Source: an uncultured Sutterella sp.
Lineage (GTDB): Bacteria > Pseudomonadota > Gammaproteobacteria > Burkholderiales > Burkholderiaceae_F
Reading direction: 5' to 3' (one strand)
DNA length: 64,000 nucleotides
Assembly (NCBI RefSeq): GCF_905198475.1
Contig: NZ_CAJKCQ010000001.1
Position 1 is the stretch's first letter, and each line of letters begins with the position of its first letter. The notes beneath the pieces were generated by a model. The model ran no database searches and was not told where the DNA came from. It saw only the letters and a program-made list of their open reading frames with translations. Positions 12,700 to 21,687 of the stretch are shown here, piece by piece. Position numbers and translations under genes: made by a program.

Positions 12700-13368
12700 A
12701 TGAAGACTTCCGCGAAGCTTTGCGGCGTTGCCGCCGCTCTTCTTCTCGCCGCCTCCTTCGGTGCCTCCGCCGAGACGGTGAACCCCTACGTGCACAGCTC
12801 GTCGGGCCAGATCGTCAAGAACAGCACCAACCTCTGCTGGCGCACCGGCTTCTGGACGCCCGCTCTGGCTGAAGCCATGGGCGTGAACGGCGCCGGCTGC
12901 GCCTGCGACGCCGACATCCTCGACAAGAAGGCCTGCACGGCCGTCGAGGCCCCGGTCGTCACGAAGGCCGCTGAAAAGGTGACCTTCTCCGCCGACACGC
13001 TCTTCAACTTCGACAAGGCCACGCTCAAGCCCGAAGGCCAGGCCGTCCTTGACGACCTCGTCTCGCGCATCGCCGGTGTCGACCTCGAAGTCATCGTCTC
13101 GACCGGCTACGCCGACCGCATCGGCTCCGACGCCTACAACCTGAAGCTCTCCCAGAAGCGCGCCGACGCCGTCAAGGCGTACCTCGTCAAGAAGGGTGTT
13201 GACGCCGCTCTGATCAAGTCCGAAGGCAAGGGCGAGGCCGATCCGGTCGTCAACTGCCCGAACCCCTCGAAGGCCGGTCAGATCAAGAACTTCCGCGCCC
13301 TCGTCGAGTGCCTGCAGCCCAACCGCCGCGCCGTGGTTGAAGTTGTCGGCTCCCGTCCGGCCAACTAA
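12700..13368 (+). CDS. OmpA-family outer-membrane protein with a peptidoglycan-binding OmpA_C domain
   Basis: Signal peptide MKTSAKLCGVAAALLLAASFGASA; C-terminal OmpA-like domain (FNFDKATLKPEGQAVLDDL...GYADRIGSDAYNLKLSQKRADAV). AAGGA ribosome-binding site upstream. Confidence 0.8.
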   Translation: MKTSAKLCGVAAALLLAASFGASAETVNPYVHSSSGQIVKNSTNLCWRTGFWTPALAEAMGVNGAGCACDADILDKKACTAVEAPVVTKAAEKVTFSADTLFNFDKATLKPEGQAVLDDLVSRIAGVDLEVIVSTGYADRIGSDAYNLKLSQKRADAVKAYLVKKGVDAALIKSEGKGEADPVVNCPNPSKAGQIKNFRALVECLQPNRRAVVEVVGSRPAN

Positions 13369-13419
13369 TGACTCTCCGGTGGACGCTCCGCGCGTCTGCT
13401 GAATGAAGTTCATTCGAGA

Positions 13420-13452
13420 CCCCTGCCTTCGGGCGGGGGTTTTGTTTTTTTC
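13420..13452 (+). terminator. Rho-independent terminator after the ompA-like gene
   Basis: CCCCTGCC-TTCG-GGCGGGGG hairpin followed by TTTTGTTTTTTT. Confidence 0.7.
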
Positions 13453-13472
13453 AGAATCCCGATACCTGCAAC

Positions 13473-14138
13473 ATGCTTCCGCGCCTCTTCCTCTTCGACC
13501 TCGACGGCACGCTCGTGGACTCCGCCCCCGATCTCGGCGGAGCCGCAAACGACATGCTCGCCGCCCGCGGGCGCCCTGAACTCCCACTCGAGGAGCTCCG
13601 CGTCCCCGCCGGGCACGGCGCTCCGGCCCTCCTCAAAAGGGCCTTCAGCATCGAGCGCGACGACCCGCGCTTCCCGGAGCTGCGCGATGAATTCCTCAGG
13701 AACTACGTCGCCCGCGGCGTCTCGCACTCGTCCGTCTATGCGGGCGTGCGCGAGCTCCTCGAAGGCCTCAGGGAAATGGGCGTCGCCTCGGGCGTCGTCA
13801 CGAACAAGCCCCACGAGCTCGCCCTCAAGGTCTGCGACGAACTCGCCCTGACGCCCCTCCTCGCAACCATCGTCGGCGTCGGCATTCCCGGCACCGAGGT
13901 GAAGCCCCTGCCCGGGTCGCTCCTGAAGGCGCTCGCCGACCTCGGGGCTCAGCCCGAGGCCGCCCTCTACGCGGGCGACAGCACGACGGACGGCCTCGCC
14001 GCCCATGCCGCCGGCATGCCCTTCGCCTGGGTCTCCTGGGGGTGCCAGCCCGAAGCGCCCGAAGCGGGCGTCGCGGACTTCATCGCCCGCGAACCCGCGG
14101 ATCTGCTCGTCTGGGCGATGCGTCGAGGAAAGTGCTGA
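13473..14138 (+). CDS. gph: HAD-superfamily hydrolase, phosphoglycolate phosphatase-like
   Basis: DLDGTLVDS motif I (FLFDLDGTLVDSAPDL), VVTNKP, GDSTTD motifs. Confidence 0.7.
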   Translation: MLPRLFLFDLDGTLVDSAPDLGGAANDMLAARGRPELPLEELRVPAGHGAPALLKRAFSIERDDPRFPELRDEFLRNYVARGVSHSSVYAGVRELLEGLREMGVASGVVTNKPHELALKVCDELALTPLLATIVGVGIPGTEVKPLPGSLLKALADLGAQPEAALYAGDSTTDGLAAHAAGMPFAWVSWGCQPEAPEAGVADFIAREPADLLVWAMRRGKC

Positions 14139-14239
14139 TGCACCGGGATGTTGTGTAGACGCCCCGGGAAACAAACGGTTGCGATGCAAAGGCGCCCCGG
14201 CGGGCGCTACTTCGCGTATGATTCCCCTCACCGAACAAC

Positions 14240-14607
14240 GGGGGCGCCTTGGTTTCGACGGGGATGCTGACGCTGAGCGGTGCATGCCGAGGGGTAGTGA
14301 CCTCGTAAATCTCTGCTACAAAAACACAAACGCCAACAACAAGCGTTTCGCTCTCGCGGCCTAATCCCCGCGGGATGCTGCACTGATTTGTCTTTGGGTC
14401 AGGCAGGGTAAAACCTGCGGCAGCATCAAATTACAAAGTCTAGGAACGGCGAGTGTCTCCGGCGACGTTCCGAAATCAAGGGGACTGGGCAGCCGCTGGC
14501 CCGTCGATTGGCAAAACGGCTGTTGAGATTCAAATGATTCGACTACGCATGTAGATCCATCAGAAAACGGTTTCCGGACGCGGGTTCAACTCCCGCCGCC
14601 TCCACCA
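14240..14607 (+). ncRNA. ssrA: Transfer-messenger RNA (tmRNA, SsrA)
   Basis: 5' GGGGGCGCCTTGGTTTCGACGGGGATG... and 3' ...GGACGCGGGTTCAACTCCCGCCGCCTCCACCA are collinear with E. coli tmRNA. The internal tag reading frame GCC AAC AAC AAG CGT TTC GCT CTC GCG GCC TAA gives the tag ANNKRFALAA. Confidence 0.85.
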
Positions 14608-14616
14608 ATGCCTGCA

Positions 14617-14647
14617 GGCTCCGGACTTAGGTCCGGGGCCTGTTTTC
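14617..14647 (+). terminator. ssrA terminator
   Basis: GGCTCCGGAC-TTAG-GTCCGGGGCC hairpin followed by TGTTTTC, immediately after the CCA end. Confidence 0.6.
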
Positions 14648-14741
14648 ATAACTACGAAACCCGCTTCAATTCGCGCAGCATTGTTGTTTCCCATCCGGCC
14701 TAGTGCTCCATTCCTGCGCGGCCAACCCGCGCGCAACGGCT

Positions 14742-17714
14742 ATGAAGCAGCACGATCCACGCAAGGGCGCACACCAATTCATCAAAACCTGGTCCGGCAA
14801 GGGCTATGAAAAGGGGGAGAACCAACCTTTCTGGCTCTCGCTACTGAAGGACATCTTTGGTGTAGAGAATCCCGAAAATCTCCTCGTCTTTGAGCAGCCC
14901 GTCTTCAAGCGCGATGAAATTCCCGCCCGTCGTTTGGGTTTCATCGACGCCTGGATTCCCTCCTCCCGCGTGCTGATCGAACAAAAAGGCCTTGGCCACG
15001 CGCTCGACAAGACTCAGAAACAGTCGGACGGCTCGATGCTCACGCCCTTCCAACAGGGCAAGCGCTACGCCGACAACCTCACGACAAAGAACCGGCCGCG
15101 TTGGATCATCGCCTGCAACTTCGAGTCCTTCGAAATCCATGATCTCGACAATGAGGACCCGAACGCCAAGCCTGAGGTGATCCTTCTCAAGGATCTCGAG
15201 ACGGAGTACTACCGCCTCGGCTTCCTCGTTGACTCCGCCCATGACGTGGTGAAGGCGGAAACGAAGCTCTCCGTTGCCGCCGGCGAAATTGTGGGGCGCC
15301 TTTACAACGGTCTCCTCGCGCAGTACATCAACCCCGACTCCGAAGAAGTGCGCCAGAGCATCAACAAGCTCTGCGTGCGTCTCGTCTTCTGCCTCTACGC
15401 CGAAGATGCGCTGCTCTTCAAGACGAAGTCGCAGTTCCACGACTACCTCAAGGGGCTCGATCTGCGGTGCACCCGCTATGGGCTTCAGGCGCTCTTCCGC
15501 GTCCTCAACACCCCTGAAGATCAACGCGACCCGTACGACGACCCAATGCTCCTTGACTTCCCCTACGTCAACGGAGGCCTCTTCGCCGACGATGCCATCA
15601 TCATTCCGCAGCTCACGCCCGAACTGAAGGAACTGCTCCTCAGCGACGCGAGCGAGAACTTCAACTGGGCTGAGATCTCGCCCACGATCTTCGGCGCCGT
15701 CTTTGAGTCAACATTGAACCCGGACACGCGCCGCAAGGGCGGCATGCACTACACCTCGGTCGAGAACATCGAAAAGGTCATCAATCCGCTCTTCATGGAT
15801 GACCTCAACCGCGAGTTTGCCGAGATCATGCGCGGCAAACAGGCGGCCTCACGCATGCGCAGGTTGAAGGCCTTTCAGGAGAAGCTCGGCAAGCTTCGGT
15901 TCCTTGACCCGGCCTGCGGTTCGGGCAACTTCCTCACGGAGACCTACCTGCAGCTGCGGCGCCTCGAAAACAAAGTCATCTTGGAGCTCAACGCCGGCGC
16001 TGGTCAGTTCGACTTCGGCGGCGAGCACTCGCCCGTCAAGGTGCAGATCAATCAGTTCTACGGCATTGAAATCAACGACTTCGCCTGCTCCGTCGCGCAG
16101 ACGGCGCTCTGGATTGCCGAGAGCCAGATGCTCAAGGAAACCGAGGACATCATCGGCGCCGTTCTCGACTTCTTCCCGCTCAAGTCCTTCACCAACATTC
16201 GCGAAGGGAACGCCCTGCGCTTTGACTGGCGCACTCTGCTTCCTGAAGACGGATCGAACTTTACTTTCATCATGGGCAATCCACCGTTCTCGGGCGCACG
16301 ACTGATGACGGATGAAAACAAGGCGGACGTGAAGGAAACGTTCGGTTCCAACTGGGCCAATGCCGGCAACATCGACTATGTCGGCTGCTGGTTCAAGCGC
16401 GCCGTCGAGATCATGCAGGGGACGACCACGCGCACGGCCTTCGTCGCCACGAATTCCCTCTCTCAAGGCGAGCAGGTTGCGAACCTCTGGAAGCCGCTGG
16501 TCGAGCAGTACGGCGCCCACATCGACTTCGCCTATCGGACCTTCCGTTGGGACAGCGAAGCACAGGACAAGGCGCACGTGCATGTCGTGATTGAAGGGTT
16601 CAGCACGGCTGAAAACTCCAAGCCCCGCGTGCTTTTCGACGGCGCTGACATCCTTGAGGTTCCGAACATCAATGCCTACCTCCTTGATGGTCCTGACTGT
16701 TTCGTTGCAAGCCGCAGCACGCCTCTGTGTGACGTCCCGGAAATCGGTATCGGCAACCAGCCGATCGACGATGGCAACTACCTCTTCACAGAAGAAGAGA
16801 AGAATGACTTCGTGAAGAAGGAACCCCTGTCCGAAGCTTTCTTCAAGCCTTGGTACGGATCTTTTGAATTCATCAACCGCGCGCCGCGTTGGTGCCTTTG
16901 GTTGGGCGACTGTCCGGCCGCCACGCTCGCCAAGATGCCGTTGGCGAAGGCGCGCGTCGCAGCAGTTCGGCGATACCGGCTGAACAGCTCGCGTGAGGGG
17001 ACGAAGAAACTGGCCGATACGCCTCGACGCTTCCTTGTCGAAAACATGCCGTCGAGCAACTACATTCTGGTTCCCAGCGTCTCATCCGAACGACGACGCT
17101 ACGTACCGATGGGCTTCATGACGCCTGATGCGCTCACAAGCAACCTCGCGCTGCTCATCCCCAACGCTACCCTCTATCACTTCGGCATTCTCACAAGCTC
17201 CGTCCACATGGCCTGGATGCGGGCAGTTGCCGGCCGTCTAAAGAGCGACTACCGCTACTCGAAGGACATCGTCTACAACAACTTCGTCTGGCCTGAAGTG
17301 ATGGAAAAGCTCAGAGAGAAAATCGAACGGACGGCACAGAAGATTCTCGATGCCCGTGCGGCGGAGCCTGATGCATCGCTCGCCGTACTCTATGACGACG
17401 ATTCGATGCCCGACGACCTGCGTGCCGCGCACGCCGCCAACGACCGCTTGGTGCTCGAAGCCTACGGACTTTCCGGCGACTCAGATGAAGCGACGATCAC
17501 CGCGCATTTGATGAACCTCTACGTCCGAAAGGCCACAGAAGTGGATCGCCGCGACGCCGTGGAAGCTACGCTCGTCAAAATCCTCGGCAAAGGTTGCGAG
17601 GGCGTTCCTGAATGGCTCTCCGCCCTTCATGCCGATGCGCTTGCCGGGAAAATCACCCCTGAGGAACTGCTTGAGCAGGGGCGCGTTCTCAAGAAGGCTC
17701 AGAAAGCCAAGTAG
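14742..17714 (+). CDS. MmeI-family Type IIL/IIG restriction-modification enzyme (PD-ExK endonuclease fused to an N6-adenine DNA methyltransferase and target-recognition domain)
   Basis: The N-terminus aligns with the MmeI nuclease core (GFIDAWIPSSRVLIEQKGLGHALDK versus MmeI GFVDLFWPGILLIEMKSRGKDLDK; D-x-EQK). Methyltransferase motif I is FLDPACGSGNFL and motif IV is NPPF. Total length is about 990 aa. GC is visibly lower than in the flanks. An alternative GTG start is at 14703. Confidence 0.75.
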   Translation: MKQHDPRKGAHQFIKTWSGKGYEKGENQPFWLSLLKDIFGVENPENLLVFEQPVFKRDEIPARRLGFIDAWIPSSRVLIEQKGLGHALDKTQKQSDGSMLTPFQQGKRYADNLTTKNRPRWIIACNFESFEIHDLDNEDPNAKPEVILLKDLETEYYRLGFLVDSAHDVVKAETKLSVAAGEIVGRLYNGLLAQYINPDSEEVRQSINKLCVRLVFCLYAEDALLFKTKSQFHDYLKGLDLRCTRYGLQALFRVLNTPEDQRDPYDDPMLLDFPYVNGGLFADDAIIIPQLTPELKELLLSDASENFNWAEISPTIFGAVFESTLNPDTRRKGGMHYTSVENIEKVINPLFMDDLNREFAEIMRGKQAASRMRRLKAFQEKLGKLRFLDPACGSGNFLTETYLQLRRLENKVILELNAGAGQFDFGGEHSPVKVQINQFYGIEINDFACSVAQTALWIAESQMLKETEDIIGAVLDFFPLKSFTNIREGNALRFDWRTLLPEDGSNFTFIMGNPPFSGARLMTDENKADVKETFGSNWANAGNIDYVGCWFKRAVEIMQGTTTRTAFVATNSLSQGEQVANLWKPLVEQYGAHIDFAYRTFRWDSEAQDKAHVHVVIEGFSTAENSKPRVLFDGADILEVPNINAYLLDGPDCFVASRSTPLCDVPEIGIGNQPIDDGNYLFTEEEKNDFVKKEPLSEAFFKPWYGSFEFINRAPRWCLWLGDCPAATLAKMPLAKARVAAVRRYRLNSSREGTKKLADTPRRFLVENMPSSNYILVPSVSSERRRYVPMGFMTPDALTSNLALLIPNATLYHFGILTSSVHMAWMRAVAGRLKSDYRYSKDIVYNNFVWPEVMEKLREKIERTAQKILDARAAEPDASLAVLYDDDSMPDDLRAAHAANDRLVLEAYGLSGDSDEATITAHLMNLYVRKATEVDRRDAVEATLVKILGKGCEGVPEWLSALHADALAGKITPEELLEQGRVLKKAQKAK

Positions 17715-17807
17715 CCGCCGGCCGACTTTTGAAGTCTGGCCTGCCCCTCCGGACCGCCGGTTCTCCCCCCGCAGCGGTCCGGCCCCCATCGAAAGACAAA
17801 AAAACAG

Positions 17808-18404
17808 ATGATCACCTCCCGATTCATTGAGCTTCAGCCCGCCTTCGACGCCCTCGCGCTCCTCTTCCTGCAGCCCGAACGTCTCGGCGCCGCTTCGGCG
17901 CTTCCCGCCGCGGCCGAAACGATTCTGGAGGCCGCCCAGGGCGGCCCGGCGCTTCCCGCGGAACTCCTCGGGAAGCTCGAGCGCATCGCGTCGCAACAGC
18001 CCCCGAGCGACCTCGAGTTCGCGCAGGCCTATGCGCGACTCTTTCTCGGCGTCTCCGAAGAGACGATTCCGCTCTGCGAGAGCGCCTGGACGAGCGCGCA
18101 GCGCCTCAACTGCCAGGCCGCGCAGCTCGAATGCCGCCGGGCCTACGAGGAGGCGGGACTTGAACTTTCCGGGGGCTCCGTCGTTCCGGAGGACCACCTC
18201 GGGCTGATGCTCGGATTCCTCGCCGTCACGGCGCTGCGCGGCGACGAGGCCGCCGGCCTCGAGTTCGCGGCAAAGCACGCCGCGCCGATGATGGAGACCA
18301 TCGCCCGCGCCACCGCGGCGAAGGGCGCGGCCGCCGGTCCCTACGCCGACGCCGCGGCGCTCCTTGAAGGGGCGGCGGCGCTCCTCACTCCCGACGCGAA
18401 GTAA
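17808..18404 (+). CDS. TorD/DmsD-family maturation chaperone for molybdoenzymes
   Basis: About 200 aa, Ala-rich, EDHLGLMLGFLA resembles the TorD signature. Lies next to a molybdopterin oxidoreductase operon. Confidence 0.55.
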   Translation: MITSRFIELQPAFDALALLFLQPERLGAASALPAAAETILEAAQGGPALPAELLGKLERIASQQPPSDLEFAQAYARLFLGVSEETIPLCESAWTSAQRLNCQAAQLECRRAYEEAGLELSGGSVVPEDHLGLMLGFLAVTALRGDEAAGLEFAAKHAAPMMETIARATAAKGAAAGPYADAAALLEGAAALLTPDAK

Positions 18405-18486
18405 AACGACGCCCGCAGAGCAACTCTCCCTGCGGGCGTTTTTCTTCCGCCGGCCGCCCGAAGGGGCGGCCTTTGAGCCTCGGCCA

Positions 18487-19122
18487 TCAGACCTTGAGCG
18501 GGTAGTGCTCGACGTCCATGTGGCTCGCGATGTAGCGGATCTTCGGCTCGGTGCCCGCGGCGGCGTTCATGGGCTTCGCGCGGTCGATGAGCTTCTTCAT
18601 CTCGGGCGTGGGGTTCTCATAGTCCACGAGCGTCATCGCGCCGATGCCGCACGCCTCGACGCAGGCGGGCACCCGGCCCTCGGACGTGCGGTGCGTGCAG
18701 AGCGTGCAGTGCTCGGCGCGCCCGGGCCTGCGGCGCTGCCAGGGTTCGAGGTCCCTGACGGCGAGCGGCGCCTTGTCGCCGAAGTAGTTGACGACGCCCT
18801 TGTCGTTGAACTTCGGCGCCCCGTAGGGGCACGCGTGCGCGCACATGCGGCAGCCGATGCACTTGGCGTCGTCCACGAGCACCTCGCCGCCCGGGCCGCG
18901 GTGGATGGCCTTCGCCGGGCAGACCTTCATGCAGGCCGGGTTCTCGCAGTGCTGGCACGACGCCCGGAAGTAGTTGACGACACGCGCCTCGAAGTTCTCC
19001 TGGCGTTCGATGCGCTCATAGAAGATCCCGGGCGCAACCTGGTTCTCTTCCTTGCAGGCAATGGCGCAGGCGTGACAGCCCACGCACCGGTCGATGTTGA
19101 CGATGATTCCGAATTTCGACAT
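18487..19122 (-). CDS. 4Fe-4S ferredoxin-type subunit of a DMSO-reductase-family molybdoenzyme (DmsB-like)
   Basis: Four Cys clusters (CVGCHACAIAC, CQHCENPAC...CP, CIGCRMCAHACP, CTLCTHR...CVEAC). Start taken as MSKFGIIVNIDR at 19122. Confidence 0.8.
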   Translation of the reverse strand: MSKFGIIVNIDRCVGCHACAIACKEENQVAPGIFYERIERQENFEARVVNYFRASCQHCENPACMKVCPAKAIHRGPGGEVLVDDAKCIGCRMCAHACPYGAPKFNDKGVVNYFGDKAPLAVRDLEPWQRRRPGRAEHCTLCTHRTSEGRVPACVEACGIGAMTLVDYENPTPEMKKLIDRAKPMNAAAGTEPKIRYIASHMDVEHYPLKV

Positions 19123-19135
19123 GACTCTCCCTCCT

Positions 19136-21367
19136 TTACGCACGCGGAGCGGCTTCTTCCGCCTTCACGACCTCGACGCAGACGTCGTTGCAGCAGGGGT
19201 AGCCCGAGATCGGATCCCAGCCGAAACGCGGGATGAGCACCTGCGTCTCCTGGTCGCCGCGCCAACCGTACTGGGCGTCCACCAGCCCCTTGCGGGCGAG
19301 GAGCGTCACGCGCACCTTGGCGCGGACCTTGGTCTTTGAGTAGGGAGAGAGGATCCAGACGCGGTCGCCCTCCTTCAGACCGCGCTCGGCGCAGTCCGCC
19401 GGGTTCATGTTGATCACCGACTCGGGCTCGAGCTCGAGCAGATAGGGCTGGTCCGAGCGGGTCTTCGAGTGCGTGATGTAGGGGCGGCGCGTGCCGTTGA
19501 TGAGCTTGAGGGGGAATTCCTTCGTCGGCTGCGGCGCGCGTTCGTAGACGGGGAGTCCGGGGAAGCCGTGCTTCGCCTGAACGCTCGAGACGAACTCGAT
19601 CTTCCCCGAGGGCGTGCGGAAGCCGGGCTTGCCGTCAAAGCGCAGGAGCCCCTTGGCGTACTTCTCGGTCTCGGGCTTCGGGAACCACTCGCAGACGTTG
19701 ACGGCCGGCAGCATCGCCTGGCGCTCGGCGTAGCTCGTCCCCCAGGGGCCGAGAATCGAGTCGCAGGCCTTCACCGGGTCGCCGTCGAAGAAGAGCTTCG
19801 AGTCGCCAGTTGCGGCCGCGCCGATCGTGAGCGCGATCTTCCAGTCCTCCCAGGCCTCGCCGAGGGGCTTCACGGGCTTTCGCGCGCTCACCTTGCGGCC
19901 GTGCACGCCGAAGGGCGCGTAGCGCTCGAAGTTCATCGCCGCGGGGAGCACGAGGTCCATGTCGTGGTGCGTGTCGTCGCGGTAGAAGTAGTCCGTCGCG
20001 AAGGAGAAGTCCATCGCACGGATCGCCGCCTTGTATTCGTCCGGACTCGGCCAGATGAGCACGTTCGTGCCGAAGCCCGCGAAGGCACGGATGCGGCTCG
20101 CCTTCACCATCTCGGGGAGCTTGTTGGGGCTGCAGAGCACCTGGAGCTCGTTCCAGACGGGAGCGAACTCGCGGTCGATGCGCTTCGTCTTCTGTTCGGG
20201 CTCGTTGAACCACTTCTGGTCGATGAAGGACTTGGTGTAGCCCTCGTCCCAGCGCAGGTAGTCCTCGGGCCAGTTCGCGAAGGCCGAGCCCCCCTTGTTG
20301 TCCACGTTCCCCGTGAGCGCCATCAGGAGCGAATAGGCGCGCACGTTGTTGCACCCGTTGCCCTGGTGCGGGACCGACTGTCCGGGAAGCATCATCGAGG
20401 AGGGACCGTCGGCGAAGAGGCGGGCGGCCTCGACCACGTCGGCCGCCGGAACGCCCGTCTCCTTCTCGACGAATTCCGGCGTGAAGGCTTCGGCGTACTT
20501 CACGAGCTCCTCGTAGCCCGTGCACCACTTCTCGACGAAGTCGCGCTTCACGAGGCCCTCCTTCACGAGGACGCGGATCATGCCCCAGGCGAGCGCGCCG
20601 TCGGTGCCTGGGCGCACCTGCAGGTGCAGGTCGGCCTGCTCGGCCACCTTCGTGCGGCGCGGGTCGACCACGATGAGCCTCAGGCCGCGCGCCTTCTGCG
20701 CGAGAAGGTTCCTGAAGAACCCGTGGGGCGAGGCCCAGGCGCCGTTTTTGCCGACGATCATCGTGCACTTCGCCTTCGGATTCGGCCCGCCCGAGATCTC
20801 CTGACCGTAGGAGAGCTCCAGCGCGTGCACGTAGGCGAGGTTGCAGGCGACCGAGCTCTCGCAGCAGTAGTTGGGGCTGCCGAAGTAGCGCGCGAGGCGC
20901 ATCACGGGCGGACGGGGCTCCTTCGGGTCGCCGCAGTAGAAGAGCACGCGGTCGGCGCCGTACTTCGCCTTCACGGCGTTCAGGCGCTCGGCGATCATCT
21001 TGATCGCCTCGTCCCAGCTGATGCGCACCCAGCCCGGGTCCGCGGCCCCCTTGGGCGCCGTGCGCTTCAGGGGATAGAGCAGGCGGTTGGGGTTGTAGAG
21101 GCGCTGCAGGGTCGCGATGCCCTTGGAGCAGAGGAAGTGGTTCGGGTGCTCATTCCAGTTTTCAATGCGGATCACCGTGTTGCCGCGGGCGCGGAAGTGG
21201 ATGCCGCACATCGGCATGTGGTTGCACGAATCACAGATGGTCCAGCCGGACCATTCGCCTTCGCCGGCAGCGGGAGCCGCATGAACGGCTGCCGGTTGGA
21301 AGAGGCCGGCGGCAAAGCCGGCGCCGACGCCCTGGATGAGCGTACGCCTTGAGACGGATGGGATCAT
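19136..21367 (-). CDS. Tat-exported molybdopterin-dependent oxidoreductase catalytic subunit (DMSO reductase family)
   Basis: Twin-arginine signal SRRTLIQGVGAGFAAG, N-terminal Cys cluster CDSCNHMPMCG, molybdopterin oxidoreductase fold of about 740 aa. Encoded upstream of the FeS subunit on the same strand. Confidence 0.8.
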   Translation of the reverse strand: MIPSVSRRTLIQGVGAGFAAGLFQPAAVHAAPAAGEGEWSGWTICDSCNHMPMCGIHFRARGNTVIRIENWNEHPNHFLCSKGIATLQRLYNPNRLLYPLKRTAPKGAADPGWVRISWDEAIKMIAERLNAVKAKYGADRVLFYCGDPKEPRPPVMRLARYFGSPNYCCESSVACNLAYVHALELSYGQEISGGPNPKAKCTMIVGKNGAWASPHGFFRNLLAQKARGLRLIVVDPRRTKVAEQADLHLQVRPGTDGALAWGMIRVLVKEGLVKRDFVEKWCTGYEELVKYAEAFTPEFVEKETGVPAADVVEAARLFADGPSSMMLPGQSVPHQGNGCNNVRAYSLLMALTGNVDNKGGSAFANWPEDYLRWDEGYTKSFIDQKWFNEPEQKTKRIDREFAPVWNELQVLCSPNKLPEMVKASRIRAFAGFGTNVLIWPSPDEYKAAIRAMDFSFATDYFYRDDTHHDMDLVLPAAMNFERYAPFGVHGRKVSARKPVKPLGEAWEDWKIALTIGAAATGDSKLFFDGDPVKACDSILGPWGTSYAERQAMLPAVNVCEWFPKPETEKYAKGLLRFDGKPGFRTPSGKIEFVSSVQAKHGFPGLPVYERAPQPTKEFPLKLINGTRRPYITHSKTRSDQPYLLELEPESVINMNPADCAERGLKEGDRVWILSPYSKTKVRAKVRVTLLARKGLVDAQYGWRGDQETQVLIPRFGWDPISGYPCCNDVCVEVVKAEEAAPRA

Positions 21368-21687
21368 GTTGTTCTCCTCACTGCGCTTGTGTTCTAAGAA
21401 ATTGATTACGCAATGCTTTTCTTTGTTATTAGATCCTAATGCCTAGTACTTTCGGAGACATCCGTGATAGCCCTAGCGTCATGGAGGATCTGTGGCGCCG
21501 ACTCGGCCGCTGCGCCTCCCCGGCGCCCCGCCTTCAAGCATTGCGGGAGTGCGGACCGCGCCCGGGGCGATGGGCGCACGAGCGTCCGAAATTGAAACCC
21601 CCCGTCAAATTTCGATTCCTCTCCGCTCCGGCCAACCGATAATGGATGAATCAGCTGATTCATCTCCTTACGGGAGGCGTTATTTCC

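Noticed and set aside
14141-14239. ssrA promoter call (TTGCGA ... TATGAT)
   Set aside because: The candidate -35 and -10 hexamers are about 32 nt apart, which is too far for a sigma-70 promoter. No confident promoter could be assigned.
17715-17807. Possible att-like repeat of the ssrA 3' end downstream of the R-M gene (GGACCGCCGGTTCTCC...)
   Set aside because: Only a loose resemblance (CCGGAC..GGTTC) to the tmRNA 3' end (CCGGACGCGGGTTCAACTCCCGCC). It is not a convincing direct repeat by eye and needs a computational repeat search.
19469-21352. 627-aa plus-strand ORF and 377-aa minus-strand ORF (19635..20768) over the molybdoenzyme gene
   Set aside because: Antisense or alternate frames of a clearly homologous molybdopterin oxidoreductase gene, with no domain signal.
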